Assembly: GCA_963665095.1 (NCBI GenBank)
Contig: OY762069.1
Location: 5,952,001 to 6,016,000 of the forward strand
Origin: an uncultured Desulfobacter sp.
Lineage (GTDB): Bacteria > Desulfobacterota > Desulfobacteria > Desulfobacterales > Desulfobacteraceae
DNA: 64,000 nt
Direction of reading: 5' to 3'
This document shows positions 60,255-64,000 of the stretch, piece after piece. Below the pieces are notes generated by a model. It did not search any database. It saw nothing but the letters and a program-made list of their open reading frames with translations, and had not been told where the DNA came from. A program made the translations under genes and the position numbers. How positions within the stretch are numbered: position 1 is the first letter of the stretch; each line of letters begins with the position of its first letter.

Positions 60255-61535
60255 CTAAAATAGTTGATTGGGAAGCCACAGGATGATGTTCGGAAAAATG
60301 GTAAACAGGATAACGGCTCCGCACATGATTAAAAAAAACGGTATTGCCGCCATGGCTATCTCTTCGATGGATGCATCTGAAATCGATTGGATGACAAACA
60401 GGTTGAAGCCTACCGGTGGTGTCATCAGTCCCAGCTCTATCATGAGGACCAGAAAAATGCCAAACCATACCGGATCAATTCCTGATGTAATGGCAATGGG
60501 AAGGGTTAGCGGCAGCGTCAAAACGAGGATGGAAACGCCGTCCAGAAACAGTCCCAGCAGCATGTAGAACAATGCCAGCGCTACCAGCAGCATGGTTTTG
60601 CTCAGCTCAAGACCCATGACCCACGATGCAATGGCCTGGGGAACGCCGGCAATGCCTGAGGCTGTTGAAAGCACCGATGCCGTCATGACTACTGCGCCGA
60701 TCACGCAGGACATCTGGGCTGCAGCAAAAACCGAGTCCACGAAAAAGGAGATGGTCAGCCTTTTTTCAATCAGCGCCAGCACCATTGCGCCGCCCACCCC
60801 AACGGCGGCAGCTTCGGTGGGAGAGGCAATGCCGCTGTATATTGATCCTAAGACAACAATAATCAGAAAGAAAACCGGCAGCAATCCCAGCAGTGCCCGC
60901 CACTCAATGGCGGAAGCTTCAGCTTGCGTATGGGCAGATGCAAAACCAAGATATATGCAATACATTGACGCAACGATCAAACCAGGCAGAAAACCGGCAG
61001 CAAAGAGTCTTACAATGGAGACTTCGCCCAGAACGCCGTATAGAATCATGGCAATGGAAGGCGGGATTAAAAGACCGAAAGAGCCCGCACCGGCCAGAGA
61101 ACCTAAAATCAGTGACCGGGAATATCCCCTTTTTATAAGTTCGGGAAAGCTGATTCTGCCAACTGTGGCTGTTGTGGCGGCAGATGAGCCGGAGACAGCT
61201 GCAAAAACGGTGCAGCCCGTTACATTGACGTGCAGCAGTCCGCCCGGAATCCGGTTGAACAGGGTCGAAAGGCCGTCAAACAACCGCCTGGACAGATCCG
61301 CCCGGAAAAGAAGCTCCCCCATGAGTAAAAAAAGCGGTATGGCGGACAGCTCCCATGACCTGGACGAGCGTACGGTAATTTTGGCAATGAGCATTCCCAC
61401 CTTGTCAAGCCCGAAGTCAGCACCAAATACCATGACGCAGACCGATACAATGAGCAGGGAGAAAAAGGCCCAGATTCCTAAGGCCAGGGAGATGAAAAAA
61501 ATTCCTATAATGAAGACGGCAGCTTGGAAATCCAT
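60255..61535 (-). CDS. dctM: TRAP transporter large permease
   Basis: AIPLF.LMGE, SGSS.AT, G.LIPPS, PTEAA, TPPVG.NLF motifs. Start moved to ATG 61535. Confidence 0.92.
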   Translation of the reverse strand: MDFQAAVFIIGIFFISLALGIWAFFSLLIVSVCVMVFGADFGLDKVGMLIAKITVRSSRSWELSAIPLFLLMGELLFRADLSRRLFDGLSTLFNRIPGGLLHVNVTGCTVFAAVSGSSAATTATVGRISFPELIKRGYSRSLILGSLAGAGSFGLLIPPSIAMILYGVLGEVSIVRLFAAGFLPGLIVASMYCIYLGFASAHTQAEASAIEWRALLGLLPVFFLIIVVLGSIYSGIASPTEAAAVGVGGAMVLALIEKRLTISFFVDSVFAAAQMSCVIGAVVMTASVLSTASGIAGVPQAIASWVMGLELSKTMLLVALALFYMLLGLFLDGVSILVLTLPLTLPIAITSGIDPVWFGIFLVLMIELGLMTPPVGFNLFVIQSISDASIEEIAMAAIPFFLIMCGAVILFTIFPNIILWLPNQLF

Positions 61536-61537
61536 GG

Positions 61538-62032
61538 TCAGGCCCTCCCTGCTGCGGCCCGAATGTTCGTGACAAAATGGAAGGCAACTACCAGGGCCAG
61601 AATCATCAGTCCGATCAGGGAAACCGCTTCCGGAATCCAAAGGGGAACCGGCCAGGCACCGTTGGACACCATGCCCCGGTCATAAAACCTCCAGGCAGCC
61701 CTGAAGATGTGCTTAATCCAGAAAAGGGTCAGGGCAAGTGCCGGGCTGAGGATGAACGCCTCCAGAACTGCAGATGCCCGTCCGTTGATCCGGTCCGTCA
61801 GCATGGTCATCCGGATCATGGCGCCCTGGTGAAAGGTTGGTCCCAGAGCTAGGAATATGGATGCGGAAAGCAGGTACCCCACCAGTTCATCCACCACAAG
61901 CAATGAATGGTCAAAAATATTTCTGAGCATGATTTCCATAAGAATTAACGCAGCCATGAGGACGATTGCAATGGCAGCGCTGGATGCACATAGCCTGCAC
62001 AGGACATCCATGAGCCGTTGAAACTGTTTCAT
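61538..62032 (-). CDS. dctQ: TRAP transporter small permease
   Basis: Four TMs, position between dctP and dctM, P.W.P motif. Confidence 0.88.
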   Translation of the reverse strand: MKQFQRLMDVLCRLCASSAAIAIVLMAALILMEIMLRNIFDHSLLVVDELVGYLLSASIFLALGPTFHQGAMIRMTMLTDRINGRASAVLEAFILSPALALTLFWIKHIFRAAWRFYDRGMVSNGAWPVPLWIPEAVSLIGLMILALVVAFHFVTNIRAAAGRA

Positions 62033-62127
62033 TCCGTTTCTCCTGAACTACCTGGTTTTATCTTCTTGCTTAGCTGTCTGATGCGGCGGAAATGTCTTTT
62101 CTGCCGCATGGAAAGAGCCGTTTCTCC

Positions 62128-63117
62128 TTATTCGCCTTTCAGATAAGCGTCTACCAGAGCCTGACCGTTGGGGCCTGTCTTTTGAGCCCATTCCGCTGCA
62201 AATGCAGCAGCAATTCGTTTGGTCTCCTGGGATAGTTCAGGTGAAATGTCTTGATGCAGTTTGATGCCCTTTTTACTCAGGATGTCCAGGTTGGATCGAA
62301 TCCGTTCCTGGGCAGATTTCCAGTTTGCCTCTGTAAACCGTTTGCCGGCTTCAAGTATGGCGTTTTGATGTGAGGGAGAGAGGCCCTCAAAGGCGTCTTT
62401 GGTAATGTGAAGCAGTGTGATGGGGGTTGAATATCCAAGGCTGCTGTAATCAGTTATGCCAAGATCCCATATATTGGTTGCCACACCGCCTTCGGATGAG
62501 GTTAGTACGGCATTGATAACACCGGATGATAAGGATGAAACCACATCTCCCCAAGGCAGTTGAACCGGAGCTGCTCCCAACTCTCGAAAGGCTTTGGCGC
62601 TGAACGCATCATACGTGCGAATTCTAAGTCCTTTAAGACCGTTCAAATCAATGGCCGGGTGGTTGGCATAAACGCCCACGGCAGGGAATGACCCCCAGCC
62701 TATCAGTTTCTGGTTGTTGGCTTCAAATATTTTTGAAAAGGAGTCGTAGGCAATGGACATGATCTTCTGAACATTTTCCGAAGAACTGGTCATGAACGGG
62801 AGAGAAAGAAATCCAAAAATTGGATCAATGCCAATGAGGCTTCCCGAAAGCGTTTCGGCAACTTCAACAAGCCCCTGGGAGACCACCTCAAAATTGTCTG
62901 AGTTCTTAAAGCCTAAGGATCCCCCGGAGTTGACCTTGAGATTAAATGTATCACCACTCAATTCAGACAGCGATTTCACCATGGCTTCAAAGGCGATACC
63001 GGAGTTGCTGTTGGCCTGGTAAGCGGTCGTTGCCCGCCAGGTGACATCGGCGGCATGGCTGACTGGTACAGTAAGCAGCAAAGTCAAAAACACGATGGAA
63101 AAAAGCCTTGATTTCAT
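62128..63117 (-). CDS. dctP: TRAP transporter substrate-binding protein
   Basis: Signal peptide (SHA-ADV), GGSLG, LPF, GLRIR, LGA.P..LPW.DV..L..G.I motifs. Confidence 0.92.
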   Translation of the reverse strand: MKSRLFSIVFLTLLLTVPVSHAADVTWRATTAYQANSNSGIAFEAMVKSLSELSGDTFNLKVNSGGSLGFKNSDNFEVVSQGLVEVAETLSGSLIGIDPIFGFLSLPFMTSSSENVQKIMSIAYDSFSKIFEANNQKLIGWGSFPAVGVYANHPAIDLNGLKGLRIRTYDAFSAKAFRELGAAPVQLPWGDVVSSLSSGVINAVLTSSEGGVATNIWDLGITDYSSLGYSTPITLLHITKDAFEGLSPSHQNAILEAGKRFTEANWKSAQERIRSNLDILSKKGIKLHQDISPELSQETKRIAAAFAAEWAQKTGPNGQALVDAYLKGE

Positions 63118-63332
63118 GATTTTCCCTCCCCCTTAAGATAATAAGATTAAAATACGAAAAATATATATGTATATCTAATATATTATGCATAGTATTTATA
63201 TAAACTAAATATGATGTCAAGTGCTTTTTGTATGGAATTGCATTTTATTGCAATAGATAGGATACTATGGTAAACATAGGTTGTTTGTGATTAAGACTTT
63301 CTGATAGCCAAATAAGGGAATATGACTGACAT

Positions 63333-63800
63333 ATGGAAAACCAAAGACCAGACAATGTGTATCTTCTGGTGACTGAACTGATATATTACGGCCAAAAGGA
63401 ATTGACGGCAAAGGCGGACGAAACTTTAGCATCCAACGGTCTTGGACGTGCCCACTATCGCATCCTTCATGTGGTAAAGCATCATCCGGGAATTACGACA
63501 AACCAGTTGCTTTCACATCTCAAAATAACGGCAGCCAGTCTGAACAGAACCATGAACAAACTGCTGGCAGCCAAATATGTGACTCAGAAAAATGATAGCA
63601 GGGACCGCCGTCAGCGGCATCATTTTTTAACCAAAAGCGGCGCTGATTTCCAGGAGATGATTTATTCTCTTCAGCGGGAAATTCTTGAAAAGGCCTTTGA
63701 CAGGGTGGGGGATGAAGCCCTTGGCGGGTTCATCAAAGTCCTGGGATACATGATCTCGAATGAGGACCACGATCTTCTTTCTGTTCCTGTCCCCCTTTGA
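63333..63800 (+). CDS. MarR family regulator, divergent from the TRAP operon
   Basis: GLGRAHYRIL, PG.T...LL..L.IT..SL.R, D.RDRRQR...LT..G motifs. Confidence 0.9.
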   Translation: MENQRPDNVYLLVTELIYYGQKELTAKADETLASNGLGRAHYRILHVVKHHPGITTNQLLSHLKITAASLNRTMNKLLAAKYVTQKNDSRDRRQRHHFLTKSGADFQEMIYSLQREILEKAFDRVGDEALGGFIKVLGYMISNEDHDLLSVPVPL

Positions 63801-63860
63801 CCGATGGCATGGGAGCCCTGTTCAATTAACTGACCGGGAATTTCATCGGCCGGCTGCTTC

Positions 63861-64000
63861 TTATATGGTAATCTCAAGGCGGTTGCCTTCAGGATCTGAC
63901 ACCACACTTTCATAATAGCCATCGCCTGTTTTTCTGGGGCCGTCAAAAACGGTAAATCCGTCGCGGGCCAGCTGCAGGTCAGGGCGTCCACTTTATCCCG
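63861..64000 (-). pseudogene. 3' end of a VOC/glyoxalase family gene with an apparent 1-nt frameshift (partial, runs off window)
   Basis: RDKVDALT in one frame continues as [38 protein letters not shown] in another. Confidence 0.65.

Noticed and set aside
60592..61572. 326-aa plus-strand ORF
   Set aside because: Antisense to dctM, which has clear family motifs.
1..64000. Selenocysteine/pyrrolysine read-through
   Set aside because: No gene showed an in-frame TGA or TAG at a conserved catalytic position with homology continuing beyond it, apart from evident pseudogene lesions.

Overview
Window from a sulfate-reducing deltaproteobacterium. Gene content (Wood-Ljungdahl genes, a DsrP homolog, CarD, DUF1844-ispE-tRNA-Gln-prs-rplY-pth) suggests Desulfobacteraceae; this is an inference. 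Positions 1-22 kb are mostly core: cooS/acsD divergent from fhs-folD, translation and tRNA quality-control genes, a radical SAM protein, a DUF3524 glycosyltransferase, an RnfB-oxidoreductase fusion, a hybrid kinase and ppaC. Positions 22-45 kb hold metabolic and regulatory modules. These include a sigma-54-controlled locus with a Lon protease carrying an inserted receiver domain, and a STAND/TPR/SARP-type regulator next to a stand-alone dsrP paralog whose promoter has SARP-style repeats at an 11-bp period. Positions 45-57.3 kb are a mosaic accessory island with HipA, integrase, IS91/ISCR and CocE remnants. It contains a ~1.18-kb direct repeat (DUF2293 + IHF) flanking a 5.3-kb amidohydrolase cargo, and an AT-rich ABC-ATPase + TOPRIM-like gene pair that is a candidate anti-phage system. 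Positions 57.3-64 kb carry a MarR-TRAP-CoA ligase-thiolase catabolic cluster. No CRISPR array or rRNA was seen. All family calls come from reading motifs by eye, with no database searches.
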